Positions 44,202 through 53,997 of a stretch of 64,000 nt of DNA are shown piece after piece. How positions within the stretch are numbered: position 1 is the first letter of the stretch; every line of letters starts with the position of its first letter. Under the pieces are notes generated by a model. That model searched no databases. It had not been told where the DNA came from and saw only the letters and a program-made list of their open reading frames with translations. Source of the stretch: Eubacteriales bacterium (GTDB lineage Bacteria > Bacillota > Clostridia > Acetivibrionales > JANLFN01); contig JANLFN010000005.1 in assembly GCA_024655885.1 (NCBI GenBank), positions 116,007-180,006 on the forward strand, written 5' to 3'. Made by a program: the position numbers and the translations under genes.

Positions 44202-44750
44202 ATGATCTATGACGAAAAGACGGTTGAGTCTAGGGAAGTTTACAAGGGAGGTATTATCAGTGTAAATGTACTGGATGTGGTGCTTCCTGACGGAAAAAGG
44301 GCGAAGCGGGACGTGGTCAGGCACCCGGGTGCTTCGGTGATAATCCCTTTAAGTGAAGACAGTGAATTGTATATGGTAAGGCAGTTCAGAAAACCCATAG
44401 AGAGAGAGACGCTGGAGCTACCTGCGGGAAAATTGGATTCGGGCGAGGATCCAAAGGAATGTGCAAAAAGGGAGCTAAAAGAGGAAACGGGACTGGAGGC
44501 GGAGGAAATGAAACCTCTTATAAGCCTGTATTCCACACCGGGTTTTAGCGATGAAATACTTCACATGTTTGTTGCCACCGGCCTGAAAGAGGGCAAGGCC
44601 TGTGCGGATGAGGACGAATTTATTTCTTGGGAGAAGATCCCGGTTAAAAAACTTGTCGATATGGTTTTAAACCATGAAGTTACCGACGGAAAAACGATTA
44701 TCGGCATACTGCTGGCTGAAAAAATAGTAAAGGGTGAGATTGCCCTGTAG
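44202..44750 (+). CDS. nudF: ADP-ribose pyrophosphatase (NUDIX, NudF-type)
   Basis: Nudix box GKLDSGEDPKECAKRELKEETG. ATG 44202 follows GGAGGAAA. Confidence 0.85.
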   Translation: MIYDEKTVESREVYKGGIISVNVLDVVLPDGKRAKRDVVRHPGASVIIPLSEDSELYMVRQFRKPIERETLELPAGKLDSGEDPKECAKRELKEETGLEAEEMKPLISLYSTPGFSDEILHMFVATGLKEGKACADEDEFISWEKIPVKKLVDMVLNHEVTDGKTIIGILLAEKIVKGEIAL

Positions 44751-44816
44751 ACGGAAAACAATCTAAATGTCCTGAGGATTTATTGGCTGGTACCTAGAGG
44801 AGGGACTAGTTTACTT

Positions 44817-44855
44817 AAAAATTACTATACGGCGAATGTATAGTAATTTTTTTTA
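44817..44855 (+). terminator. rho-independent terminator (12-13 bp stem AAAATTACTATAC/GTATAGTAATTTT plus T-run)
   Basis: Read directly. Confidence 0.8.
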
Positions 44856-44914
44856 TTGGTACGGCATAGAATTCATAGTGAAGGGCGATAATTTCCTGGC
44901 GAAGAGGGGTTAAA

Positions 44915-45556
44915 TTGATTTTTAAAATACGGGACACTTTGAGAAGACATGTAAAGAACAACTCTAAAAAGTACTTTTTGCTGCTGCTGGTCTTTATTGC
45001 CGGTGTTTCGGCGGGTGCGTTTACTGTAAACGGATTAAGTACAATACAGAGAGAGGAGCTGGCAAATTATTTTCAAGGCTTTCTTCAGTTGTTTGATAGT
45101 CAGAATATGGAATGCGGGGAGCTTTTAAAGGTTTCGATACTTGAGAATGCCAGGCTGGTAATTGCTTTATGGGTCCTTGGAGTTACAATTATCGGTATTC
45201 CATTCATATATGTACTGATAGGCATAAGGGGCTTTATAACCGGTTTTACCTCGGGATTTATAATTGAAACACTGGGATTGAAGGGGGTATTGTTTATTTT
45301 TTTTGCACTGCTGCCTAAAGAGATAGTAATTATTCCTTTCCTCATAGCCATGGGGGTTAATGGGATCAATTTTTCATTAGACATAATAAAAAGCAAGTCC
45401 ATTAGACATTTATCGAAGGAGAGCTTGAAAACAAATTTTTTAGCCTATTGTATGACAACGTTGTTTTTTACCGGTTTTATTTTTATAGGTGTGCTCATTG
45501 AAGCATATATTATACCGGTTTTTATTAGAATTATTTTGCCATTGGTTACAAGTTGA
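44915..45556 (+). CDS. spoIIM: stage II sporulation protein M
   Basis: 213-aa polytopic membrane protein with the SpoIIM pattern, in the conserved nudF/xerD neighbourhood. TTG start after GAGGGG. Confidence 0.8.
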   Translation: MIFKIRDTLRRHVKNNSKKYFLLLLVFIAGVSAGAFTVNGLSTIQREELANYFQGFLQLFDSQNMECGELLKVSILENARLVIALWVLGVTIIGIPFIYVLIGIRGFITGFTSGFIIETLGLKGVLFIFFALLPKEIVIIPFLIAMGVNGINFSLDIIKSKSIRHLSKESLKTNFLAYCMTTLFFTGFIFIGVLIEAYIIPVFIRIILPLVTS

Positions 45557-45842
45557 TGTATAAATATGGTAACATGTGTAAATAATATTGATTAAAGTTA
45601 AGTAAATAGCATGCTATTGGTGGAGAAGTTCGACAAAACGCCAGCGGCGATAAAGCTTGAAAAGGAATTTTATTATATACAGAATGTTACTGAAATAAGA
45701 AAAATCTATATCTTTAGAAAGTTTTTCTTTAAAAATAGAAAAAAATGTATTAAAATCAATGTATACATTTGGCTTAATTGAAATAAATTATTGAACTGTA
45801 AATAGATTACCGGAGAAATTCAAAAAAAGGGGTAGTTTTTTA

Positions 45843-46727
45843 ATGGAAGCATTAGTTCAAAAGTTCGTAAATTTTTTAGAAATGGATAAGCGGCTATCTT
45901 TAAATACCTTGCAATCGTACAGGAGAGACATAGAACAGTACATGACCTATTTGCGCGAAATAAATCTGCACAATATATCCAACACCAATAAAACCACTGT
46001 AATTGCATATCTTCTATACCTGCAGAAAAAAGGGAGGGCTACATCCACCATTTCAAGGAATCTGGCCTCCATCAGGTCCTTTTACCAGTACATAGCCAAA
46101 AATAAGATTATTGACCACGACCCTACCGCTGAGCTTGAATCGCCCAAGGTCGAAAAGAAGCTGCCGCAGATACTTTCCACCAAAGAAGTGGAGCTGCTGC
46201 TGGAGCAGCCCAAGTGTGTAGACCTTAAAGGGTACAGGGACAAAGCAATGCTGGAACTGCTTTATGCTACAGGAATCAGGGTATCGGAGCTTATATGCCT
46301 CAACGTGTCCGATATAAACCTTGATATGGGGTTTATCAGGTGCAACAAGGGTTCCAGGGAAAGGATGATCCCCATAGGCTCAATGGCCATAGCCGCTCTG
46401 CAGGAGTATCTCAGCAAATCCAGGCAGCTTTTAATACAAAAAAGCGATGAAAAAGCCCTCTTCGTGAATATAAACGGGAGAAGGCTTACCAGGCAGGGTT
46501 TTTGGAAGATAATCAAGCAGTATAAGAATCAGGCCAAGATAAACAAGGATATTACACCTCATACTTTAAGACACTCGTTTGCCGCACATTTGCTTGAAAA
46601 CGGCGCGGATTTGAGGTCCATACAGGAGATGCTCGGCCATTCGGATATTTCATCCACCCAGATTTATGCGCAAATTGCAAAAAACAGGATAAAGGAGATA
46701 TACAAGAAAACGCACCCCAGAGCCTGA
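45843..46727 (+). CDS. xerD: site-specific tyrosine recombinase XerD
   Basis: 294 aa. The R...HxLRH...Y catalytic pattern is present (ATGIRVSEL, HTLRHSFAAHLL, LGHSDISSTQIY). Confidence 0.9.
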   Translation: MEALVQKFVNFLEMDKRLSLNTLQSYRRDIEQYMTYLREINLHNISNTNKTTVIAYLLYLQKKGRATSTISRNLASIRSFYQYIAKNKIIDHDPTAELESPKVEKKLPQILSTKEVELLLEQPKCVDLKGYRDKAMLELLYATGIRVSELICLNVSDINLDMGFIRCNKGSRERMIPIGSMAIAALQEYLSKSRQLLIQKSDEKALFVNINGRRLTRQGFWKIIKQYKNQAKINKDITPHTLRHSFAAHLLENGADLRSIQEMLGHSDISSTQIYAQIAKNRIKEIYKKTHPRA

Positions 46728-46977
46728 AAAAGCCCTCTAGGGCTGAGCACGACGAGGGAGAAAACACGGCAAAATGAAAGTTATGGCGGTATAACCCTGG
46801 GATACGATTAAAGTAAATATAGAGTTAAAAATATAGAGGACATTCCATGAAAAGACTGGTTTGTCCTCTTCATATTTGTGGTAATATATATCCGTAACTT
46901 AACTTTCCCGCTTTGAATAAAGCAGCTGCCGACGAGGTCTAATGTTGAACGACTCTATAGAAATGGAGGAATTTGCT

Positions 46978-48153
46978 ATGAAAAGGGCAATCATTATGGT
47001 AATGGACAGTGTAGGCTTTGGAGAACTGCCGGATGCGGAGAGGTATGGAGACAAGGGGAGCAACACGCTGGCCCATATTGCTTCGCAGATAGAGGGCTAC
47101 AGGCTTCCCAACCTTGAGAGGCTGGGGCTGGGAAATATGGATGGGGCAAAGGGATACGCGAGGGAAGACCGCCCTGTCGGGTGTTATGGCAGGATGGCGG
47201 AGGCCTCCCCGGGGAAGGACACTACAACGGGGCACTGGGAGATGATGGGGATTATTCTGGAAAAGCCTTTTCCCACATACCCAAATGCCTTTCCCCGTGA
47301 ACTCATCGAAGCCTTTGAGAAGGCCATCCATACAAAGACCATTGGAAATGTGGTGGCCTCGGGAACCGAAATCATAAAACAGCTGGGAGAGCAGCACATG
47401 AAGACGGGATATCCCATTGTGTACACCTCCGCGGATAGCGTGTTTCAAATCGCGGCCCATGAAGAAGTGATCCCGGTGGAAAAGCTCTATGAGATTTGCA
47501 GGGTTGCCCGGGAGCTCCTGGTAGGCGAACACGCAGTGGGAAGGGTGATTGCCAGGCCCTTTGTAGGCACACCGGGTAATTTTGTCAGGACAGACCGCCG
47601 GCATGATTTCTCAATCAAGCCTATCGGCCCCACAATTCTTGACTATGCCGTGGAAAAGGGCTGCAGGGTAAAAGGCGTAGGGAAAATAAACGATATTTTC
47701 AGCGGGCAGGGAATTACGGATTCGATTCCCATCCATAACAACATGGATGGTGTGGACAAGACCTTGGATTATATGAAAGAAGAGTTTGAAGGGATTATTT
47801 TCACCAACCTGGTTGATTTTGATATGCTGTATGGGCATAGAAACGATGTAAGGGGGTATGCCGATGCCTTAACCGACCTGGACAACAGGATTCCCGGGAT
47901 AATGGATTCGCTGAGGGAGGACGACATCCTGTTCATTACGGCGGACCATGGTTGTGACCCCACAACTCTGAGTACCGACCACTCCAGGGAGTATGTACCC
48001 CTTCTGGTTTACGGGAAAAGGCTGAAGCAAAATATAAACCTGGGGACGAGGAAGACTTTTTCCGATCTTGGAGCTACTGTGGCAGAGTTCCTCGGCACCA
48101 GGAAGCCTGCCAACGGGACAAGTTTTTACAGGGATATAGCAATGATAGGGTGA
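46978..48153 (+). CDS. deoB: phosphopentomutase
   Basis: The N-terminus [12 protein letters not shown] and the TADHGCDP motif are present. ATG 46978 follows GGAGGA. Confidence 0.92.
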   Translation: MKRAIIMVMDSVGFGELPDAERYGDKGSNTLAHIASQIEGYRLPNLERLGLGNMDGAKGYAREDRPVGCYGRMAEASPGKDTTTGHWEMMGIILEKPFPTYPNAFPRELIEAFEKAIHTKTIGNVVASGTEIIKQLGEQHMKTGYPIVYTSADSVFQIAAHEEVIPVEKLYEICRVARELLVGEHAVGRVIARPFVGTPGNFVRTDRRHDFSIKPIGPTILDYAVEKGCRVKGVGKINDIFSGQGITDSIPIHNNMDGVDKTLDYMKEEFEGIIFTNLVDFDMLYGHRNDVRGYADALTDLDNRIPGIMDSLREDDILFITADHGCDPTTLSTDHSREYVPLLVYGKRLKQNINLGTRKTFSDLGATVAEFLGTRKPANGTSFYRDIAMIG

Positions 48154-48256
48154 AAAGAGTATACTCGCGGTATTATTACAGCAAAGGCACTATTTTTCAT
48201 GTTTGCCCATGTTTCCCCATGTATATTTAAAATAAAGTAAGGATGTGAGAAAGCCT

Positions 48257-49579
48257 ATGCGGATGTATGACATTATTGAAAAAAAGCGGGATGGAAACGA
48301 GCTTTCCTACGAGGAGATCAGCTTTTTTATCAACGGATACTGCCGGAATGAAATTCCCGATTACCAGGCAGCCGCCCTTCTAATGGCCATATTCCTCAGA
48401 GGAATGAATGAACGAGAGACGGCGCAGCTGACAGAGGCAATGGCCAATTCGGGAGACAAGGTGGATTTGTCGCCCATAAGCGGTATTAAGGTGGATAAAC
48501 ACAGCACGGGCGGGGTGGGCGATAAGACCACCCTTATACTGGCACCCATTGTGGCGGCATGCGGCGTGCCTGTGGCGAAAATGTCGGGAAGAGGTCTTGG
48601 GCATACAGGAGGCACTATTGACAAGCTGGAATCAATTCCAGGATTCAGGACAGGTTTAACGCGGGATGAATTTATCGGAAATGTGAAGGAAATAGGTCTG
48701 GCTATAGCCGGTCAAACCGGAAACCTGGTTCCTGCGGACAAGAAGCTGTATGCCTTGCGTGACGTAACAGCCACAGTTAATAATATATCATTAATAGCGA
48801 GCAGCATAATGAGCAAAAAAATTGCCTCGGGTGCGGATGCAATTGTGCTGGATGTAAAAACAGGCAGCGGGGCTTTTATGAAAACTCTGGAAGATTCAAT
48901 CGCCCTTGCAGAAGCGATGGTGAAAATAGGCAGTAGTTTAGGCAAAAAGACTGTGGCGGTCATAACCGATATGGATGTGCCCCTGGGGAATGCGGTAGGG
49001 AACTCCCTTGAGGTAATGGAAGCCATAGACACCTTAAAGGGCATAGGTCCCGAGGACCTTCAGACGGTGTCTTTCGCACTGGCTGCAAAAATGCTGAAAT
49101 TAGCGGGTATGGGGAGTGAACAATACTGTAGTGACAGGATAAGAGAGGTAATAAGCAACGGGAGCGCCTTGAAAAAGTTCACCGAAATGATAGAACGGCA
49201 GGGAGGCGATCCCCGGGTGGTAAATGACCACAGCCTTTTTGACAGGGCATGCTTTTCTTATGAATTTATTTCTCCACAGGACGGTTTTATCCAATCCATT
49301 CAAACCGATCAACTGGGAGTGGCGGCGATGGTGCTGGGGACAGGAAGGGAAACCAAGGACAGCGGCATAGATTTCTCCGCCGGGATCGTATTAAGCAAAA
49401 AGACGGGATGCAGGGTGGCAAAGGGTGATTTACTGGCCACACTGTACACCAACCGGGAGGAAAAAATAAAAGAGGCCGTAAGGATACTGCACCATTCGTT
49501 TAAATTTGTGGAAACAGCGCCCCAGTCGAGGCCTCTTATTCTTGCCTATATAGATAAGGATACAATCAACCTCTCATGA
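48257..49579 (+). CDS. pdp: pyrimidine-nucleoside (thymidine) phosphorylase
   Basis: Motifs DKHSTGGVGDK and SGRGLGHTGGT are present. Confidence 0.92.
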   Translation: MRMYDIIEKKRDGNELSYEEISFFINGYCRNEIPDYQAAALLMAIFLRGMNERETAQLTEAMANSGDKVDLSPISGIKVDKHSTGGVGDKTTLILAPIVAACGVPVAKMSGRGLGHTGGTIDKLESIPGFRTGLTRDEFIGNVKEIGLAIAGQTGNLVPADKKLYALRDVTATVNNISLIASSIMSKKIASGADAIVLDVKTGSGAFMKTLEDSIALAEAMVKIGSSLGKKTVAVITDMDVPLGNAVGNSLEVMEAIDTLKGIGPEDLQTVSFALAAKMLKLAGMGSEQYCSDRIREVISNGSALKKFTEMIERQGGDPRVVNDHSLFDRACFSYEFISPQDGFIQSIQTDQLGVAAMVLGTGRETKDSGIDFSAGIVLSKKTGCRVAKGDLLATLYTNREEKIKEAVRILHHSFKFVETAPQSRPLILAYIDKDTINLS

Positions 49580-49634
49580 AAGTTTTTCGTACATTGGGCA
49601 GGGAAAGAATTTGCTGAAAAGAGTTTTTTAGTAT

Positions 49635-49663
49635 TTGCATTTTGATAAAAAGAATGTTATAAT
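49635..49663 (+). promoter_or_regulatory. sigma-A-type promoter TTGCAT-17-TGtTATAAT for the hydG-hydE leader
   Basis: Read directly. Confidence 0.55.
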
Positions 49664-49808
49664 TATAACAAATATTTCTAACCTATGGAGGCAAGCCTCT
49701 GAGGGAAGAAACCATATTCGCTGTAACGAGTAATCTTATGCTAAGGAGAAATCTGAAGCAGCGGAACATTCGTCAATAATGGTGTACCCATACATCAGGT
49801 GTATTATA

Positions 49809-49855
49809 CCTTTTTGAGAGTGTTTTCGCATTCTTGAAAAGGGTTTTTTATTTTA
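49809..49855 (+). terminator. leader (attenuator-type) terminator ~20 nt upstream of the hydG RBS
   Basis: The 11-bp stem CCTTTTTGAGA / TCTTGAAAAGG includes two G-U pairs and has a 12-nt loop. It is followed by G and TTTTTTATTTT. Confidence 0.6.
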
Positions 49856-49875
49856 TAAAAAGGAAGTGTATATGG

Positions 49876-51324
49876 ATGAACTTTTTGGAGAAATACAAGA
49901 AAGATTTTGAAGAGTATGACAAAATGGACAGGGATTTTATCGACGACGATAAAATTTGGAGCCAGCTTGACAAGTGGAAAAAACCAAGCAAAGCAGATGT
50001 CCGCATGGTATTAAAAAAGGCGGAGCAGAAAATCAGGCTGGACCCCGAAGAGACGGCCATCCTTATCCAGAACAAGGACCGGGAAACTATCGAGGAGATG
50101 TACGCTTTGGCAAACAAGCTGAAGAGGGAGGTGTACGGGGATCGCATCGTTTTCTTCGCTCCCCTCTATATAAGCGATGAGTGCGCCAACAATTGCAAGT
50201 ACTGCGGGTTCAGGAGCAGCAACCACTTGATAGAGCGCAAAACCCTTACCATGGACGAACTGGAGCAGGAAGTCAGGATAATGATAAACGAGGGGCAGAA
50301 GAGGACGGTCCTGGTCTATGGGGAATCACCCAAAACGGATATTGATTTCATGTGTGAGACTGTAAAGAAGGTTTACAGCGTGAAGACTGAAAATGGCGAA
50401 ATAAGAAGAGCCAACATAAACTGCGCTCCTCTTGCAAGAGAAGAGCTGGCTAAATTTAAAAAGGTGGGGATAGGAACTTTTCAGGTCTTTCAAGAAACCT
50501 ACCATCATGAGACTTACAGGAAAATGCATCCTGCCAACACCATTAAGGGGCATTACAGGTGGCGCTTGTATGCACAGGACCGTGCCCAGGATGCAAAAAT
50601 TGACGACGTAGCCATCGGGGTGCTGTTTGGACTTTATGACTGGCGGTTTGAAGTAATGGGGCTTTTATACCATACAATACACCTGGAAGAAAAATATAAC
50701 GGGGTAGGTCCTCATACCATATCTTTCCCTCGGATTACACCGGCCATCGGGACACCGTACTCGGATCATCCGGAGTATGCGGTGAGCGATGAGGATTTCA
50801 AAAAACTGGTCGCTATTTTAAGGCTTTCGGTACCCTATACAGGCTTGATTTGTACTGCCAGGGAAAGCGATGAAGTGAGGAGGGAAGTAATCCAGTTAGG
50901 TGTGTCACAGATTGACGCAGGTACAAGAATTGGTGTTGGGGGCTACAGTAAATCCATGGGGAACCAGCTACCGGACAAAGAGCAGTTCTCTTTGGGAGAT
51001 ATACGCACACTTGACGATGTTGTGCGTGAAACCTGTTCAATGGACAGCATACCGTCCTTCTGTACGGCCTGTTACCGCAAGGGAAGGACCGGCGAAAACT
51101 TCATGGGATACGCGAAATCCAAATTCGTACACAATTTCTGCATACCCAATGCAATTTTTACCTTTAAGGAATATCTGATGGACTACGCCTCCGAGGAGAC
51201 CAGAAAAATAGGCGCAAGAGTGATAGAAGAACACGTGGCTAGGTTCAAGGGGGAAAAGGTGTATGACATAATAATAAAAAATCTGGAGCGGCTTGAAAAG
51301 GGTGAAAGGGACCTGCACATATAA
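49876..51324 (+). CDS. hydG: [FeFe]-hydrogenase H-cluster maturase HydG (radical SAM tyrosine lyase)
   Basis: Radical-SAM motif CANNCKYCGF and the C-terminal auxiliary cluster motif CTACYRKGRTGE, at HydG-typical length. Confidence 0.9.
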   Translation: MNFLEKYKKDFEEYDKMDRDFIDDDKIWSQLDKWKKPSKADVRMVLKKAEQKIRLDPEETAILIQNKDRETIEEMYALANKLKREVYGDRIVFFAPLYISDECANNCKYCGFRSSNHLIERKTLTMDELEQEVRIMINEGQKRTVLVYGESPKTDIDFMCETVKKVYSVKTENGEIRRANINCAPLAREELAKFKKVGIGTFQVFQETYHHETYRKMHPANTIKGHYRWRLYAQDRAQDAKIDDVAIGVLFGLYDWRFEVMGLLYHTIHLEEKYNGVGPHTISFPRITPAIGTPYSDHPEYAVSDEDFKKLVAILRLSVPYTGLICTARESDEVRREVIQLGVSQIDAGTRIGVGGYSKSMGNQLPDKEQFSLGDIRTLDDVVRETCSMDSIPSFCTACYRKGRTGENFMGYAKSKFVHNFCIPNAIFTFKEYLMDYASEETRKIGARVIEEHVARFKGEKVYDIIIKNLERLEKGERDLHI

Positions 51325-51365
51325 AGCTTGAAACTAAATAGACAAGGAGTAAATAAAGGGAACGT

Positions 51366-52421
51366 ATGGGGGATTTGAAAGGGCTAATTGACAAACTATA
51401 CCGGAGCAATCGTCTTAATGAGGATGAGTTGCTTGAGCTTCTCGACAACATGAATGAGGAAAGCAGGAAATATCTTATGGGGAAAGCCCATGAAACCAGG
51501 GTCAAGCATTATGGCACCAGGGTTTATTTGAGAGGGCTGGTTGAGTTTACCAATTACTGCAGAAGGGACTGCATTTACTGCGGTATCAGGGCTTCAAACA
51601 GGAATGCCGAAAGGTACAGGCTGTCCGTCCAGCAGATACTGCTAGCCTGTGAAGAAGGCTACAGGCTCGGCTACAGGACCTTTGTCCTGCAGGGAGGGGA
51701 GGATGGCTTTTATACAGATGAAAAAATCATAGAAATTATAAAAGAAATCAAAAAGAGATTCCCTTCCTGTGCAATTACTCTTTCCATTGGCGAGAAATCT
51801 TTTGAGTCTTACAAAAAATATTATGATGCCGGGGCCGACAGGTATCTGTTAAGGCATGAAACTGCTTCCAGACGCTTGTATGACAGCCTTCATCCGGGCA
51901 TGAGCTTTGATAACAGGATGCGGTGCCTGTGGGATCTTAAAAAAATCGGATACCAGGTTGGCGCAGGTTTCATGGTAGGACTTCCAAAACAGACCAACAG
52001 GGATTATGTAGAGGACCTGTGCTTTTTGAAAGAGTTTCAACCCCACATGGTTGGGATCGGTCCCTTTATTCCGCATAAGGAGACTCCGCTGGCAAAAGAA
52101 AGCAGGGGGACCGTTGAAATGACTGTAACATTGCTTGCCATTATCAGGCTGCTTTTGCCGGAGGTGCTTTTGCCTGCCACTACTGCCCTGGGCACCATAG
52201 ACCCCATGGGCAGGGAGAAGGGATTGAAAGCGGGGGCAAATGTGGTGATGCCCAACCTGTCACCTTTAGAGGTAAGGGAAAAATATGCCCTCTATGACGG
52301 TAAGGTCTGTACCGGGGAAGAGGCTGCCGAATGCAGGCAGTGTATTGACAGCAGGATTGTGTATGCCGGATTTGTCCCTGATATGTCCAGGGGAGACAGT
52401 ATATTATGGGAAAGGAAATAA
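51366..52421 (+). CDS. hydE: [FeFe]-hydrogenase H-cluster maturase HydE (radical SAM)
   Basis: Motif CRRDCIYCGIR, BioB-like fold length (351 aa), adjacent to hydG. Confidence 0.88.
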   Translation: MGDLKGLIDKLYRSNRLNEDELLELLDNMNEESRKYLMGKAHETRVKHYGTRVYLRGLVEFTNYCRRDCIYCGIRASNRNAERYRLSVQQILLACEEGYRLGYRTFVLQGGEDGFYTDEKIIEIIKEIKKRFPSCAITLSIGEKSFESYKKYYDAGADRYLLRHETASRRLYDSLHPGMSFDNRMRCLWDLKKIGYQVGAGFMVGLPKQTNRDYVEDLCFLKEFQPHMVGIGPFIPHKETPLAKESRGTVEMTVTLLAIIRLLLPEVLLPATTALGTIDPMGREKGLKAGANVVMPNLSPLEVREKYALYDGKVCTGEEAAECRQCIDSRIVYAGFVPDMSRGDSILWERK

Positions 52422-52592
52422 TTATATAATCAATTAATATGTATAATAACAGAATATAGTGCATGTATACGGCATAAAAATGTATTATGATACTTGAGCC
52501 TGTTTTAAGTATAAACTTATAAGGTTTATTGGAGAAACACATAAGATTTTATGTTGATAATTTTGAATTCAGCTTTTCGGGGGTGTTCTCTA

Positions 52593-53804
52593 ATGGTTAA
52601 AAAGATCATTGCTGTTTTTATAGCCGTTACATGTCTCGTTTCAAGTTTCTCTGTCCCGTGGGCAGCGGGGTCTGATGGAGAAAATGAATACAATGCCGTC
52701 ACGGTTGCAAAAATCCAGGAAAAAACCAGCGTTTTCGACTTGAAGGCAAAATCCGCCATACTGGTGGACGGAATTTCCGGCAGTATTTTGCTTGAGAAGA
52801 ACAGCCATGAAAAACTTCCCATCGCAAGTGTGACAAAGATAATGACAATGCTGCTGGCAATGGAGGCCATTGACTCGGGAAAATTGAAGTTTGAAGATAC
52901 CGTACCCGTGTCCGAGCACTCCTATTCCATGGGAGGATCGCAGGTATACCTGAAACCAGGAGAAGAGTTTAGCGTACTGGAAATGATGAAGGCCATCGCC
53001 ATTCATTCCGCCAATGATGCTTCTGTCGCAATAGCGGAAAAAATATCGGGAAGCGAGGACGTATTTGTCGCCGACATGAATGAAAAGGCAAGAGCTCTGG
53101 GAATGAATGATACCAATTTCCTGGACTGCACGGGACTGACGGATGACGGGCATTACAGCAGCGCCTATGATATTGCACTCATGTCCAGGGAGTTGATTAT
53201 GAAGCATCCTAAAATATTGGAATTGACCTCAACCTGGCATGATACCTTTAGAGACGGAAAGTTTTCGCTTGACAATACCAATAAGCTTATCCGGTTCTAC
53301 CAGGGTGCTAACGGCCTAAAAACAGGTTTTACCAACAAGGCCGGCTACTGCCTGTCAGCGACGGCCAAAAGGAATAATTTGCAGTTGATAGCCGTTGTGC
53401 TCGGAGAGCCGGATTCAAATACGCGCTTTGCCGAAAGCAGAAAACTGCTGGATTACGGCTTTGCAAATTATGAGCTGAGCCAGGTGAACACCAAGGGTGA
53501 AATCGTTGGAACGGTGCAGGTTAAAAAAGGAGTGAAGCCCAGTGTTAACGGGGTGTTCGGCGAAGATGTCAAACTGCTGATCAACAGGGGAGACAAGGGC
53601 AATATAACACGGGAGGTTCAGCTGCAGCAGGACTTGACCGCACCGGTGCGGGAAGGCCAGAAAATAGGTGTGGTGGTTTACCGGGTGGGGGACAAGGAAG
53701 TGGGGAGAGCGGATGTGTTGGCTGAGGGCAAGGTGGAAAGGGCAACTTTTTTAAGGATCTTTTTAAAGATGGCCCAGGGGTGGTTCGGCCTGGGAAGAGC
53801 ATGA
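52593..53804 (+). CDS. D-alanyl-D-alanine carboxypeptidase (PBP5-type, DacB/DacF-like)
   Basis: A signal peptide is followed by SVTK, SAND (the SxN motif) and KTGF motifs. ATG 52593 follows GGGGGTG. Confidence 0.88.
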   Translation: MVKKIIAVFIAVTCLVSSFSVPWAAGSDGENEYNAVTVAKIQEKTSVFDLKAKSAILVDGISGSILLEKNSHEKLPIASVTKIMTMLLAMEAIDSGKLKFEDTVPVSEHSYSMGGSQVYLKPGEEFSVLEMMKAIAIHSANDASVAIAEKISGSEDVFVADMNEKARALGMNDTNFLDCTGLTDDGHYSSAYDIALMSRELIMKHPKILELTSTWHDTFRDGKFSLDNTNKLIRFYQGANGLKTGFTNKAGYCLSATAKRNNLQLIAVVLGEPDSNTRFAESRKLLDYGFANYELSQVNTKGEIVGTVQVKKGVKPSVNGVFGEDVKLLINRGDKGNITREVQLQQDLTAPVREGQKIGVVVYRVGDKEVGRADVLAEGKVERATFLRIFLKMAQGWFGLGRA

Positions 53805-53817
53805 AGCCGCCAAAAAA

Positions 53818-53850
53818 GCCCTTCCGGCAAAAGTCGGGAAGGGCTTTTTT
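53818..53850 (+). terminator. rho-independent terminator (GCCCTTCC/GGAAGGGC plus T6)
   Basis: Read directly. Confidence 0.85.
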
Positions 53851-53997
53851 GACGTGCATAAATATATCGCCCGTGGAAGGCGTATAATATGTTGTTGTTG
53901 AAAAACATTGGGTTTTATGATATTTTATAATGCATAAGAACATAAAAATGTTAGCAGATGGGAAAAGATATACTTATGGCCGGCAAGAGGATGACCA

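Noticed and set aside
49770-49812. T-box-like string AATGGTGTACC, and a 12-codon ORF (MVYPYIRCIIPF) with two Tyr codons in the hydG leader, as evidence for a tyrosine T-box or leader-peptide attenuation
   Set aside because: The T-box match is partial, missing one G and the 3' CGCG. No Stem I or specifier loop is identifiable. The mini-ORF has no Shine-Dalgarno, and two Tyr codons is not a convincing control-codon run. The leader is kept only as 'unknown class'.
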